Below are positions 11,801 through 20,205 of a stretch of 64,000 bases of DNA, in pieces (within the stretch, counting starts at the first letter, position 1; the number at the start of each line of letters is the position of its first letter). The notes below the pieces were generated by a model. The model saw nothing but the letters and a program-made list of their open reading frames with translations, had not been told where the DNA came from and did no database searches. The position numbers were made by a program, and so were the translations under genes. Source of the DNA: a virus; the IMG/VR virus record IMGVR_UViG_3300021962_000036, positions 55,947-119,946 of that record; one strand, written 5' to 3'.

Positions 11801-14143
11801 GGTATGTTTGCGGATGGTGCTAAGAAACCTATTCCTGCAGCATTGCAAATGAATGAGGTAAATGCTGGTGTTACACTTGCTATGATTGGTGTAGGTATGT
11901 CACCTGAGTTTGCTATTGGATTTAACTTTATACCTGAGATTAAAAAAGCAGTACAAAGTGTTCAGTCTACAAAATATGCTATCAGTGAGTCTATGGCTAC
12001 TGCATATAAATTCTTAAACAATGAGGTAGCTGAACAAATAAAATTGTTAGCTGCTGATAACAAAGATGCATTGAACAACTTAATCAGTTCAGGTTTAATA
12101 TCTCCAAGATCAAATCCTTATAACATTATTATCAATAAAGACAAACTCTTAATTGATTTTAAAGCAAGAGCATTAGATCCAAAAGCAGTATTAAGTAATA
12201 CATTATCTTCTACAGATATTGGTTACAAAGTATCTGCAATTGTAGAATCTAAGTCTGAAGAAAATGCTGCAGAAAAAATATTGAACAGAGTTGAACTATC
12301 TGAGGTTGAACAAAAAATGATTTTGTTACAGCTTTATAAAGAACAGGCTCAACAAACATTTGACATTAAACGCGCAGGTTCTCTTATTGACTTATTCAAA
12401 AAACTTAATCCATCTTTTGTAAACTTTGATAAGTTACTAACTAACGTTAGAAATTTACAAGCAGGTGAAAGTATCTTTACAAGAGAAACAAGTGATAAAA
12501 TATTTGAAGGCAATCAAGTATGGCCACAATTGTTAGAAGCTATTGAAGACTTAAATGAGCAATCATCTAAAATATTCTTAGAAAGAACAGAGTTCTTTGC
12601 TCCAATTAAAAAAGCATTTGAAAGTGTATTTACTGATCAAGCTAATATTGCTAAGATTATCACAAGCTTTGTAGCATTAAGAAAATACCAAATGTCTATG
12701 CCAGGTAGCAGGATTACAGGTACAGCAATGGATGCTTTGATACAAGAAGATGATCAAAACTTAATACAATCATTTACTCCTGAGTTCTGGTTTACAAATG
12801 ATTTAGCAGGAGAATTAGAGGATATGCAAAAAAGATATCCTCAGAATAAGTTCTTGCAATTACTAAGACCTGATATATCTGATAACAAAGTATTCTTGAA
12901 GTCTGGTGGTTATCTAAATGAAAGAAGTATTAAGATGATCAACAAATCTAAGATTTCAGGTAAGTTGGCAGACGAGGTATCAGATGACGCAGATTTCTTA
13001 TTGAGAAATGAGAATATGTTTATGAAGAAGTTATTCTATCATGAGCTTGCTAAAACTGGTATGCAATACAAATCAGGTTCTTTCTTACAGTATATGAATC
13101 CTGAAATGCAATTAGATTTATCTGGTTACATTGAAACATTCATTTCTAAACTTGAAGAAACAAAGGGTGACCGTTACAAGTTAATTAGTGCTATTCAAGA
13201 ATTTTTAGGTAAAGAAGTTACTGAGAAAGAAGTTTATGATTTGTTTGATGAACTGTTTGTTCAAATGGCTCAAGCTGCAAGTAAAGAAGTTGGTAATACC
13301 AAAATTAAAATTGCAGATCCACTATCATTGAACAACATGTCAAACATAATGACATCACTTCAGTTTGAAGAAGGGACCAAAGATAGAGAACGCAGAGCTG
13401 TTGCTAGAGAAGTAATAGCTAGAGTTACAGGTCAACTTACAGAAGGTGATGCTATGCGTGTAAGATTGGTTGACACAATAGATAAAAAACCAGTAGAAAT
13501 ATTGGATATTAACATGGATGTACCTAAAGATGTTGCACAAGCATCTAAGAAAACTGTAGATGAGATTGGCAAGAAGTTGGGTATTAGATTTAATCCTATT
13601 GATGAGGTATATCAATTTCCATTAATGATTTCTATTGGTAGAAGTAAATACTTACTGCAAGGTGTTGATGATGAGATTGGTAATAATAGTTTTGGTAAAA
13701 CAGTTATCAATTCTATTGTAGGGAAGGGAGAATACATCAGTAAAGGTATGTCTGCTAGATATGCATTGATTCCATCACAACTTACAGCTGGAACATTAAG
13801 TCCTATTGGGTTTACAAAAGAGAACACTAAGAAATATATGGATTATGTTTCTGGCAAGGAAAAAATGGAGTATATTGCACCAGAGATTAAAAAGTCTGAA
13901 GAATCAGTAGCAAAACTACCAGAATCTACAGAAAAACAAACTCAAGAATCTGTAACTAAATCTCAGTTGCAAATTGATATGGACAACTTAAACTTAACTG
14001 ATGAGGTTGTTAATTCTTTATATTCAGAAAGTAGTAAGAGAATGGCTCCAGATGTATTTAAAGCTGCAGCGCAAGGTATGATTGCTAACCTAAGAGCAAC
14101 AATGTCAAATGAACAAATTATAGATAAAATTAAGTGCTTATAA
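2822..14143 (+). CDS. virion-associated single-subunit (crAss-type, double-psi beta-barrel) RNA polymerase with N-terminal zincin metallopeptidase-like domain, 3773 aa
   Basis: GVRIPT...NGVIVP...AGSDFDVDALY catalytic DxDxD motif (DFDVD at 10754-10768), a DGQS motif and DGAK further along. HEAFH...EEILAD zincin motif starts at 5771. Size and context match phi14:2 gp66-like polymerases. Confidence 0.9.
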   Translation: MACQIQTDKYTSVVLNLIKLDPSVYSNFDNASKFILGSALTPEQKMMSLHNMAYIYKGLAGIDNKFYNAGNAEGIISAVVLMDDPSKYVSSVSEILGVKKPSALKVESISKAIDKLSSKKNITRQDLISSEGILTSVKNYFSVTVFPTNEEREQLLNEFSTAIKTAITEHDSPQAHKDFLIKQVDEAINSLRKSSSFIPLSDIANLADLNNVLITLTNGQMVEGVRQDEQFKIITSDGSLQTVEASQILTAKDARVADNSRSNAGEQVFQEHTLLSSFSIKAVDSADQFELEKKLANMKNPQAGIKIHAVKLSDVADRRVERIQEAAKQNPKYSSLENREHETFENATQIKALQSSSSKKIMTVSRPKASEQQFVLVGEIIGSGEKFYMYSSDNFVFVSSDNTTERVDFTNPEHMELVKSLAVKNTKEGNKSLSDTDIIAMSESNKLFQGFKASLSDKVASLSDNSLDVTSEFFNAYEASSKRTDINKKQLLKNEIEVDTTLSKPLTVVTMVDGVIANTEVVSVPFIYTKVKNDPYILKPFLAKGQLIQLENGATVSQEVYASDVLGINPSEIQGKIVKPEHGNQLNILLRFNNDGTIGYRSIAPVLQMSQQVEFAKFIVSLANILQTSANRTGDIRNFDRNSYGFKFYNKAKQGPNDDNRAPLRVNFATSKAGQLQIEIRPMDKQGPYGFIAETENKNQFNFPVNEAIITNLAKALLGKGNLVNQVKEAYPALKTLDLTNTKDLVTFYEQVNKLSNSETALPVLKQLSDSIEKAQKEFAEYLVNNIINKLAERTTMFPEFVEQLKKDFTFNGVYRPELLVADTDESGVLYPRIEYAQPAERKEYREDLANFKILQANSKKFTVVPKAATPQVTKSQEVLTPIVESEKIHKQEPLNTIEDDTTDIPDIEVFSLVGDENVIVETDEQRLAASEWLSQSLPQFEIDNGSLADIIDLTKLDGTVLGAFKDRVIYLNNALKGQGVIYHEAFHGVFRFLMSSEERQNLINAVSDNKKHAGKFTESALKEFARQRNYVYNKEEMTRLQAEEILADGFQNYMLKNTKPKGILGQFMAMLKKLLAMFASKGAYIDNVYGKIKNGQYRNEVISSGIHEGQIAYELIPGLKQVVSTPAGVGQRTSVLSKADQDQLVNMLAGYVIEDGQKEAFSTKFDRIAQLVLDYEYNMDVLLRTNSELFKSNPGLKEKVIKTMGPLYANYRFMLGARAKGEALYDLNTTDNPSYDNRFNKNNSVKVYGEEEAQDNHLGQVSYEMLKKQVKEQVDKVNSILDGTEKTSDKDVVEKEIAGANENTIANDDAEDEQEVSESSDFDASFNEINALESLPRQIRKFLAVVRYDQVHPTLGIKVPRMIAGEQLFGSLIKVSAEMDPRNIIEHIKIVAEQQIEDGYFNSGNDLMAVYDKLSRYTKMDESGTPQSNKQLYNMIVDVLHKTEIDYVMIDVKTSQTFLEGDEVLTDTRNFTLVDKVHSQDVNNKKRNLVTSVIEMYKENKNNPEYLAAVNKLLQLSRTIKTSSFILSDVTSQNAKLESITTELQKAFEDVGMKFPKSLIRMSVMAIDQVDNKATLNITGTPLTHYNNHSKFISEKKYLEKDFFTDVINIFEKISVNKISSNDFAVLLDEKNSKSDTVNRFNSIIKKAAEYIVKYDPNELPSTVRNAEGKPIYRYVSYTPATIIAQSIRTKGLLETLKEDPFYADFLESFYADNAMLGDLLKGLDTQKAREMKLFMDNFKVSLFGGVSQTIGEKQKEGKSFKNIDEKSLYITNILTFLQRTTEASFKQELDENGKVKDVATKIQTYVRSFSQLEASQTNFLVTALYNQFADSKGLVMNADKRLKIVDTLEAVVKQEYNRIAKEWARSGENKTNFDNADSNKIINKYNGELDKNDKSKAVTDSSSLRAYKFNKIADFFSANPELESNETKTGLADFAKEGIAFEDLDQEVKDALLDTLENYAKEQLNKHATKLIDLGILQKAIQKQRNSKGDVITRGVGGPEAEAITYYTSTLIPSVLKVDSAPAVSIDGLYQKTKENYNEAGFKIDSSTDLRGLVADAFFNNWMNALQFNEIIDGDIAMNVKDATDYFKRNKKLLAGGSTMKEGYHKVAFLNTIEGYINESYPQYGPYYSKQEVIEDESIKSDAVREKILKEYGSSMYEIFDGQSVSSLMHQIDMHESMGRLSPEILHSLIAKHYRELSETEIRVMEAGKVVNNPKKTVTAARNSYHKQSENYIDRNDVSVLTPKAGQKVNDAYEALHGLYMDIYNLRGQRQDLVLAGELGALTDIDNAIIKNVEEIHTYFKPLPHREILHNILNAMEYHQVDQLMDTTASKNATMLPVDYATESERIAGKDSYINLAMSSLSVDNKFKFLQVETSGVKDKAKFSVQSKALIAADLINLAEIARVSGLDITDSEQKAIDNIASVLENYQSTLKEIGVSNLANLKTILRKDGDFEVGKIFTLIRTSLEEQGAPTATLKLFDVDASGKPVHSANLPGVRNMLEYYFFSQYSKNVTDEKGSGFKNIHISSFGYNVLEDENGNVITTEQYRKNPTAFGIVRSRPLGVTIEEVNGVKTYFVETIMPKPLFKSAAHERFYMENLTKMFGVRIPTEDKRSMIAIKVVDFIDSSNLNGVIVPHFVHLLAGSDFDVDALYGQTFAHYFDLSGNPKLYGEYQDGKNTNLNKYAEFVQYMSKDADLKALIKKETKGLLENSSYEITEEALSILYHSGFDESDYNGAMNFAELKESYDNLVIDIEELMEIRDEAKEEFVDAIRRNEVNPSDRRALQDRLDLGKEVGEYNEELGQKRDQRNQYGREVSRAKRFTFAGLKVAATLQAFTKMGLPTSAQAFEANPNYALSVRPIFQNKNLQAKLDIVSNEAVHKFLYIHERSSTQRFEDILESFGIDIKDFSTKYNMYTTDGVVSTKVGNAMNKDGIGITANINKFLALASQYGLELKPENVIWAFKNADLDQVNLNKFGTLNAEDQRVIALIGNILGMFADGAKKPIPAALQMNEVNAGVTLAMIGVGMSPEFAIGFNFIPEIKKAVQSVQSTKYAISESMATAYKFLNNEVAEQIKLLAADNKDALNNLISSGLISPRSNPYNIIINKDKLLIDFKARALDPKAVLSNTLSSTDIGYKVSAIVESKSEENAAEKILNRVELSEVEQKMILLQLYKEQAQQTFDIKRAGSLIDLFKKLNPSFVNFDKLLTNVRNLQAGESIFTRETSDKIFEGNQVWPQLLEAIEDLNEQSSKIFLERTEFFAPIKKAFESVFTDQANIAKIITSFVALRKYQMSMPGSRITGTAMDALIQEDDQNLIQSFTPEFWFTNDLAGELEDMQKRYPQNKFLQLLRPDISDNKVFLKSGGYLNERSIKMINKSKISGKLADEVSDDADFLLRNENMFMKKLFYHELAKTGMQYKSGSFLQYMNPEMQLDLSGYIETFISKLEETKGDRYKLISAIQEFLGKEVTEKEVYDLFDELFVQMAQAASKEVGNTKIKIADPLSLNNMSNIMTSLQFEEGTKDRERRAVAREVIARVTGQLTEGDAMRVRLVDTIDKKPVEILDINMDVPKDVAQASKKTVDEIGKKLGIRFNPIDEVYQFPLMISIGRSKYLLQGVDDEIGNNSFGKTVINSIVGKGEYISKGMSARYALIPSQLTAGTLSPIGFTKENTKKYMDYVSGKEKMEYIAPEIKKSEESVAKLPESTEKQTQESVTKSQLQIDMDNLNLTDEVVNSLYSESSKRMAPDVFKAAAQGMIANLRATMSNEQIIDKIKCL

Positions 14144-14144
14144 T

Positions 14145-17100
14145 ATGAACACATGTCCAAATCCAAATAGTCCTGAGTGGAAAGAACTAGTAGCAAAACT
14201 AGGTGAAGGTCAGGCTATGACTGCTTATACTTTAAATGGAAACAACACTCCTTCTGTTGAAGAAGCTGAAGCATTATTAAGCAAACTTAAGGTTGAAGAA
14301 AAAGATGAACAAGTATCAAGATCTTCAGATGAGTTTAAACTACAACGTGCTGTACAACAAAGAACTTCTTTAGAAAAACTTAAGTTCCAGGCTAATCCTA
14401 AACAGAAAGCTACAATTGATCAGCTTATCACAATGAATGATAACTATCAAGAGTTCTTAAGAAAGAACATAGAACTTGCAAAGAATGGACAACCTATTAT
14501 AAAAACAGTAAGTGTTTCTAACTTTATTGGTTCTTCTGACTTTAATGTAGATCCTAAAGAGTATGAGGCGTTCAAATTATTTGGAACATTCATGCATGAG
14601 GTGTTAGAGTTGGGGCAACTTAAGTCTTTGGATACAGGAAAATCTATTTTTGAAATTGTTGATGAAGACTTCTTTAAAGAAGCTTATGATAACTACACAA
14701 AAAAGAATCCTTTCTTTATTGAAAACTTGGATGAGTCAACCATGTTTGATATGGCAAAGCGTTTAGCAATGCATGTATCTATACACAACGACAGAGGATA
14801 CATGATTCTTCCAGAGATTACAGTAACAGGTACTACCAGAACAGGGACTACAGTTATTGGACGTTTGGATTTAATGTTGGTAGATACTCAAGGACGCGTA
14901 AGTGTATTTGACTTTAAGACTAAGAAAGTAAAACGTCTTGTAGAGTATGATCCAATTGGTCAACCAGTAATGAATGAAGATTTAGCATTTGTTGATCTTG
15001 CAGAAAAATCATTTCCTGTTTCAAATAAAGAAGGAACATCTCCTGCGTTTAGAGGTCAGGGTAGAACAGCATATGATACTTGGACATTGCAATTAAAGGT
15101 GTATGAAAATATCTTGCAGCAAAGTGGTCTTGAGGTTAACGCTCAATCTATTGTTGCTCTTATGTATCAAACAGATGATAACAAGAAGTTTGTTGGAGCT
15201 ACTGTCCATGTATTTGATGAAGATAACTATTACAACTATGCAGGTTCAGCAGATATTCCAAATAATAATGGTCACTGGGTTGCAGATCCTACAAGAGGCG
15301 CAGACTTAATTAAAAGTCTAAGAGATGTTGTAGATAAAGAAATACCAACATCTGATGTAGAGGAAGAAGAAAAAGCAAAAAAGGAAGCAAAACTATTGGA
15401 GTTTGAACCTACTTCTAAAAATGATGAAACATTAAGAAATAGGTTAAAGCAAATTGTAGATGCAGAGTTAGATGAAATTGGCAAACAAATTAAAGAACTT
15501 GATTCTAACCAAAGTAATCCTGCACTTAGAGAAATATTAGCAACTAGACGTAAAACATTAAATGATTTTAATGCTATTATGTCAAGACCTCAATCTGAAG
15601 AAGATGTAAAGTATTCAGTAAACTTAGCATTAGCTATTGAATCTGTAGGTGTTGATTTGGAAACTTTATCAAGATTGTCAGATGAGGCAATTGTAAATTT
15701 TAAAATAAACAAAGATTCTTATACTTCAAAAGAAGGTGCACAAATTCTTGAAGCTTACAAAAAGTCTAAATCATTAGACATTATTGTAGACATTATCAAA
15801 GAAATTGTAGATGATGCTAGAAGTAATCCTGATAATAACATTACAGTTGACAGTGAAATAATGAAACGTCTTTCTGAGATGGAGTCTTCATTAGCTAGAG
15901 TACAATCAAACTTTGCAAAGGTTGCAATGCACAACAGCATTCAGGTATTAAAAACTCCTGGAAGCAAAGTATTTGCAGAAGTAAATGCTGACATAAAAGA
16001 GGCATTACAAGCTAAGTTAATCAGTTTAAAAAAACAACTTGAAAATTTAAAAGCTGGAAAAGCTAATAGTATATTTCAGTCTATTAAATCTTCTGCTCTT
16101 TCTTTTATGAGTAAAGAGTACAAACAAAAACTTGCAGAGAAACTAGAAAAGGATGGCAACAATGATACTCCAGGTTTAATGTTAGAGATTGAAAAGCTTG
16201 AAAAACAAATACTTACAGTTGAAGCTGTCATTGATGGTGGATTAGATTTTGATGACGCTGCTTTAGAAAGATATATTTCTGGTGTAACAACGTCAACGTC
16301 AAATCTTTATTTAGGTTCTAACACAGCATTCAATAGTAATAGTTGGTTACAAAACTTAATGTTAGATAAAGCAATTGCATCTGCTTCAAATAGTAGTGTT
16401 GAAATTGCAGCGTTTACAATGATGTTAAAAAATGCTGAAGGATTGGCTAGAATGGAAATTCAAAACAACCTTGCTGTGTTAAAGTTTGATCAGAAGAGAG
16501 ACTCTCTTTTAAAGAGAATGTCAGTTGAACAACTTAATGAAAGAGTATCTGAGTGGAGAAAAACTACAAGTATAGATAAAGAAGGCAATCCTGTAGAGAA
16601 GAACATTCTTTATATGACCAAACCTTTTGGTGAAGAGTATGAAAATACATACAGATCATTTAGTGCTACAATCAGACAGTTAAATAAAGAAATTTATGAA
16701 GCTAAGATTAAGTACAATGAAAACATTAAAACTGCAGAAGCACAACAATATAAAGATGCTTACCTAGCAAAGCAATCAGAAAGAGAAGCAGAAAATACCA
16801 AGTATATTAAATGGATGATGGACAATGCTCATTTACCTTTTAATGAGAAGTTTTATGAACTGCAACTTGGAATGCCTCATGATATTAAAGATAAGTTACA
16901 AGAGAAGTATCTTGAAATTGAAACAATAACCTTCCAGGTAGGTAAAGGTAATGAAGTGCTACTTGAGGATCATGACTTTGAACGTTTGCAAGAGTTGGAG
17001 ATTGAGATTAAAAAACTTAGAGTAGAAGCAAAAAAACTTAACCCAAAGTATGCAGATATGATAGATGAGTTTAACTCACTATTTGAATTTGATACTAACC

Positions 17101-20042
17101 AAGCATTCTTTGATAGAATGCAGTTCAATGCAAAATCTAGATATGAATCTGAGCATCCAGAACTATGGGAGAAATGGAAAAAAGATAATACTGTTAATAG
17201 ACCAACTTCTGAGTGGTATGAAGAACTTAGTGCTTTATATGAAGCAAGAGCTGCTATATTTGGTTCAGATCCACAGATTGCTGACCTTATGCAAAAGCGT
17301 AGAGACATACTTTCTCCTTACAAAATTGGTGGAAGAATTAAACCTCAGTATTTAAGTCAGTCTGAAATTGATTCTTTAAGTGAGATTGATGCAGAAATTG
17401 AAAGCATCATTGAACAAAATTCTAAATCTGGAGGCACGCTTACTGCTGATGAGAAAAAAGCATCAAGAGAAATAACAGATGCTATTAAAAGAATATCATC
17501 ACTTCAATTGAGTGAATCTTATAATGATACTTTTGAATCAAAAGTAAAATCATTGTACGCACATCAAAGATCAATCATTGATGCTGAAAATAAACTTGCT
17601 ACTGCTAGAACAGCAGGAGATAAGAAAGCAATTGAAGATGCAGAAGAAGCATTGATTTTTGAGGAAACTCAATATGGAATGCAAGAGGCTGAATTTGAGA
17701 CATGGTATAACATGCACCATGAAAACAAATATCAAAGTATTCTTAGTGGGTATGACATTAGAAATAATAGAGTACCAAAAAACTTTAACTTTGAAAAACT
17801 ACCTGCTGCAACTGTAAAGGATCAGTACATGGAAACTGTACCTCATCCTAAATATAAAATCAAACGCTTAAAAGAATCTTCTAAGAATCCTGAATTCTTG
17901 AAGTCACCTGACGGTGTTCCAATGCCAAAAGCAATTAGTAAAAACAAGGATGGCAATTATATAGTTACTCCTGGTTATGAGAACTCTCCTAACATTAATC
18001 CTAAGTATAAAGAGTTAATGAAAGACCAAGAGTTATTTAGTTTTTATAATGACACAATGAAAATGTTCTTTGAACTTCAAATGAAAACTGAAGGACGTAA
18101 GATTGGTTATCAAGTTCCAGGATTTGCTGCATCAACTGTTGAGAATATTTCTAGTAAAGGAATGTTAAGTTCTATTGATGCTGAATGGCAAAAGTTTGTT
18201 GACAAAAGTGTAAAAGTATATGGTTCACAAGATGCTGTTGAAAATGTATTTGGTGATCTTGGTTCTAAGATTAGACATAGATTTACAGATCAATTACCTG
18301 AAAACTTGCAGTCAAGAGATGCAATTGGATCAATTATAAAGTACACAACAGAAGCTCATTACAATATTGCAATGCAAAGTGTTGCTCCTCAAGCAGATAT
18401 GTACATTGAGCATTTAGAGTTTATGGCTGAACAATTACAAAAAAATATTCAGCAGGATAAACCTATGTTTCTTAGAGATGAAGCAACAGGTAAGGAAGTT
18501 AAAGTAGATATGTCTAAGCGTTTAGGTGAACTTAAAAATGTAATTAGCATTCTTCAGTTTGAACGCAGAAAATTCTTATACGGTCAAACAGAAAGTGGTA
18601 ATGACTTAAACAGAAAGCTTACCAAAAGAATGAACTCTGTATTTGCTTATACAAGTTTTATCAGAATTGGTTTTGATGTTGCCAACCAGGCAAAGAACTA
18701 CATCTCTGGAAACGTGCAAGCATTTATTGCTGCAGGTGGATTAGCAGGTGATAAGTATACACAAGCTGATTACATGTGGGCTAAATCTAAAGTATATGGA
18801 TACAATGGATTCTTGCATAACTATTTTGCTGATTGGGGTAAAGTAAGTGATGTTAGTGATTCTACAATGTTATATCGCTTTTTTAATCCTGCACAAAAAG
18901 ACTTTTTAAAATATGTTTCTGAAATTACAGGTACAAAAGGGCGTAGACTAAAAGGTAAAGCGTTGAATGTCCAAGAGTTAGGATACATGTTACAAGATAA
19001 AGGTGATACTGAAATTGCAGTTACAGTAATGTATGCTGTCATGAATCACCACAGATTTAGAGTTATTGATAGTTTTGACAGCCAAGGTAATCCTGTTTAC
19101 AAGAAAGATGCTAATGGTGAAGATGTAACAGTACCAGTTCATGAAATCTACATGAAAGATTCAGAAGGACGTATGGTTAAAAGAAGTGATGTAGAGTACA
19201 CTCAAGATGATGAAAACAGAATAAGAAACATTATCTATTCTGAAATGAGGCGTGCTCAGGGTAACTACGCTAAAGCTGACCAAACAAAGTTTGAAGAAAA
19301 CATGATTGGTAAAATGGTATTCTTCTTTAGAAAATACCTTGTGCCTCAGTTACTTAATAGATTTGGTTACTTAAGACCAAACTGGGAAGGTTCAGAAGCA
19401 GCAATGGGATACTGGAGTGCAGTAGCTACAGCATGGAAAGCATATGGTCCTCAAGAAGTTGGTAAACATTTATTACTAGGAAGTAAAAGAATGTCTAAAA
19501 ACAATAAGAATCAGATGGGTAGCTTTTTGACAAGAAAGGTTAACCAGGCAAGAAGAGATGCAATTGCAATGTTAGTATTGACTGTGTTAGGTATCTTGGC
19601 TAAGAGTTATGTTAATAAGAAAGATGATGATGATGAGGAACTAAGTTTCTTAGAAGGTAACGCCATTAGGGTTCTATGGGGCGTAAAAGGTGAAACTGTA
19701 TCAATGTTCCCTGTTGGTGGAGGTTCTGAAGAATACATCAGAAACTTTACAACTGTATCATCTTATACTAGAGAGTTAAATGCTCTTAAGAAGTTTGGTT
19801 CACACGCAATTAGTTATGGTATGGCTATGACAATAAATGGTGGTGAGGAGCCAGATCCAGATAATGACAGCGAACTTTACCAAGATATCTGGAAAGATGC
19901 ATTCTATGGACGTAAGTATGGAGCATACCAAAAAGGTGATGCTAAAATAGGAAAAGACCTTATGGATCTTACAGGTATTAAAAACTTTAGAGATCTAGTC
20001 AACCCTAATTACAGAATAGATCAGATGAAAGGCAAGCAGTAA
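14145..20042 (+). CDS. giant cargo/ejection protein 3 with N-terminal PD-(D/E)XK nuclease domain and C-terminal hydrophobic segment, 1965 aa
   Basis: GTFMHEVLE...PE...GRLDLMLVD...FDFKT...QLKVY (RecB/Cas4-like) at ~14580-15110, long coiled-coil body, and AIAMLVLTVLGILA near 19560-19610. Confidence 0.8.
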   Translation: MNTCPNPNSPEWKELVAKLGEGQAMTAYTLNGNNTPSVEEAEALLSKLKVEEKDEQVSRSSDEFKLQRAVQQRTSLEKLKFQANPKQKATIDQLITMNDNYQEFLRKNIELAKNGQPIIKTVSVSNFIGSSDFNVDPKEYEAFKLFGTFMHEVLELGQLKSLDTGKSIFEIVDEDFFKEAYDNYTKKNPFFIENLDESTMFDMAKRLAMHVSIHNDRGYMILPEITVTGTTRTGTTVIGRLDLMLVDTQGRVSVFDFKTKKVKRLVEYDPIGQPVMNEDLAFVDLAEKSFPVSNKEGTSPAFRGQGRTAYDTWTLQLKVYENILQQSGLEVNAQSIVALMYQTDDNKKFVGATVHVFDEDNYYNYAGSADIPNNNGHWVADPTRGADLIKSLRDVVDKEIPTSDVEEEEKAKKEAKLLEFEPTSKNDETLRNRLKQIVDAELDEIGKQIKELDSNQSNPALREILATRRKTLNDFNAIMSRPQSEEDVKYSVNLALAIESVGVDLETLSRLSDEAIVNFKINKDSYTSKEGAQILEAYKKSKSLDIIVDIIKEIVDDARSNPDNNITVDSEIMKRLSEMESSLARVQSNFAKVAMHNSIQVLKTPGSKVFAEVNADIKEALQAKLISLKKQLENLKAGKANSIFQSIKSSALSFMSKEYKQKLAEKLEKDGNNDTPGLMLEIEKLEKQILTVEAVIDGGLDFDDAALERYISGVTTSTSNLYLGSNTAFNSNSWLQNLMLDKAIASASNSSVEIAAFTMMLKNAEGLARMEIQNNLAVLKFDQKRDSLLKRMSVEQLNERVSEWRKTTSIDKEGNPVEKNILYMTKPFGEEYENTYRSFSATIRQLNKEIYEAKIKYNENIKTAEAQQYKDAYLAKQSEREAENTKYIKWMMDNAHLPFNEKFYELQLGMPHDIKDKLQEKYLEIETITFQVGKGNEVLLEDHDFERLQELEIEIKKLRVEAKKLNPKYADMIDEFNSLFEFDTNQAFFDRMQFNAKSRYESEHPELWEKWKKDNTVNRPTSEWYEELSALYEARAAIFGSDPQIADLMQKRRDILSPYKIGGRIKPQYLSQSEIDSLSEIDAEIESIIEQNSKSGGTLTADEKKASREITDAIKRISSLQLSESYNDTFESKVKSLYAHQRSIIDAENKLATARTAGDKKAIEDAEEALIFEETQYGMQEAEFETWYNMHHENKYQSILSGYDIRNNRVPKNFNFEKLPAATVKDQYMETVPHPKYKIKRLKESSKNPEFLKSPDGVPMPKAISKNKDGNYIVTPGYENSPNINPKYKELMKDQELFSFYNDTMKMFFELQMKTEGRKIGYQVPGFAASTVENISSKGMLSSIDAEWQKFVDKSVKVYGSQDAVENVFGDLGSKIRHRFTDQLPENLQSRDAIGSIIKYTTEAHYNIAMQSVAPQADMYIEHLEFMAEQLQKNIQQDKPMFLRDEATGKEVKVDMSKRLGELKNVISILQFERRKFLYGQTESGNDLNRKLTKRMNSVFAYTSFIRIGFDVANQAKNYISGNVQAFIAAGGLAGDKYTQADYMWAKSKVYGYNGFLHNYFADWGKVSDVSDSTMLYRFFNPAQKDFLKYVSEITGTKGRRLKGKALNVQELGYMLQDKGDTEIAVTVMYAVMNHHRFRVIDSFDSQGNPVYKKDANGEDVTVPVHEIYMKDSEGRMVKRSDVEYTQDDENRIRNIIYSEMRRAQGNYAKADQTKFEENMIGKMVFFFRKYLVPQLLNRFGYLRPNWEGSEAAMGYWSAVATAWKAYGPQEVGKHLLLGSKRMSKNNKNQMGSFLTRKVNQARRDAIAMLVLTVLGILAKSYVNKKDDDDEELSFLEGNAIRVLWGVKGETVSMFPVGGGSEEYIRNFTTVSSYTRELNALKKFGSHAISYGMAMTINGGEEPDPDNDSELYQDIWKDAFYGRKYGAYQKGDAKIGKDLMDLTGIKNFRDLVNPNYRIDQMKGKQ

Positions 20043-20084
20043 TTGAGCAACTGGTTGCAACATGTGACCAGTTATTCTCAAATT
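20041..20084 (+). terminator. stem-loop right after the cargo operon (possible terminator or processing site)
   Basis: AACTGGT(20049-55) pairs with ACCAGTT(20067-73), extended by TTGAG/CTCAA. No strong U-tract. Confidence 0.5.
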
Positions 20085-20094
20085 ATGGAAGTAT

Positions 20095-20136
20095 TTTATA
20101 GATATTTCTGGATTATTTCTTATATTATAATAGAGG
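20095..20136 (+). promoter_or_regulatory. putative late promoter (TATATTAT box)
   Basis: TATATTAT at 20121-20128 upstream of the tail module. The same octamer precedes 32158 and 38270. Confidence 0.5.
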
Positions 20137-20205
20137 ACACCATTTCTTTAGGAATCTCTGTTCTTATACAGATTTGTAACATTTAACATATAAAAATAAA
20201 ACATT

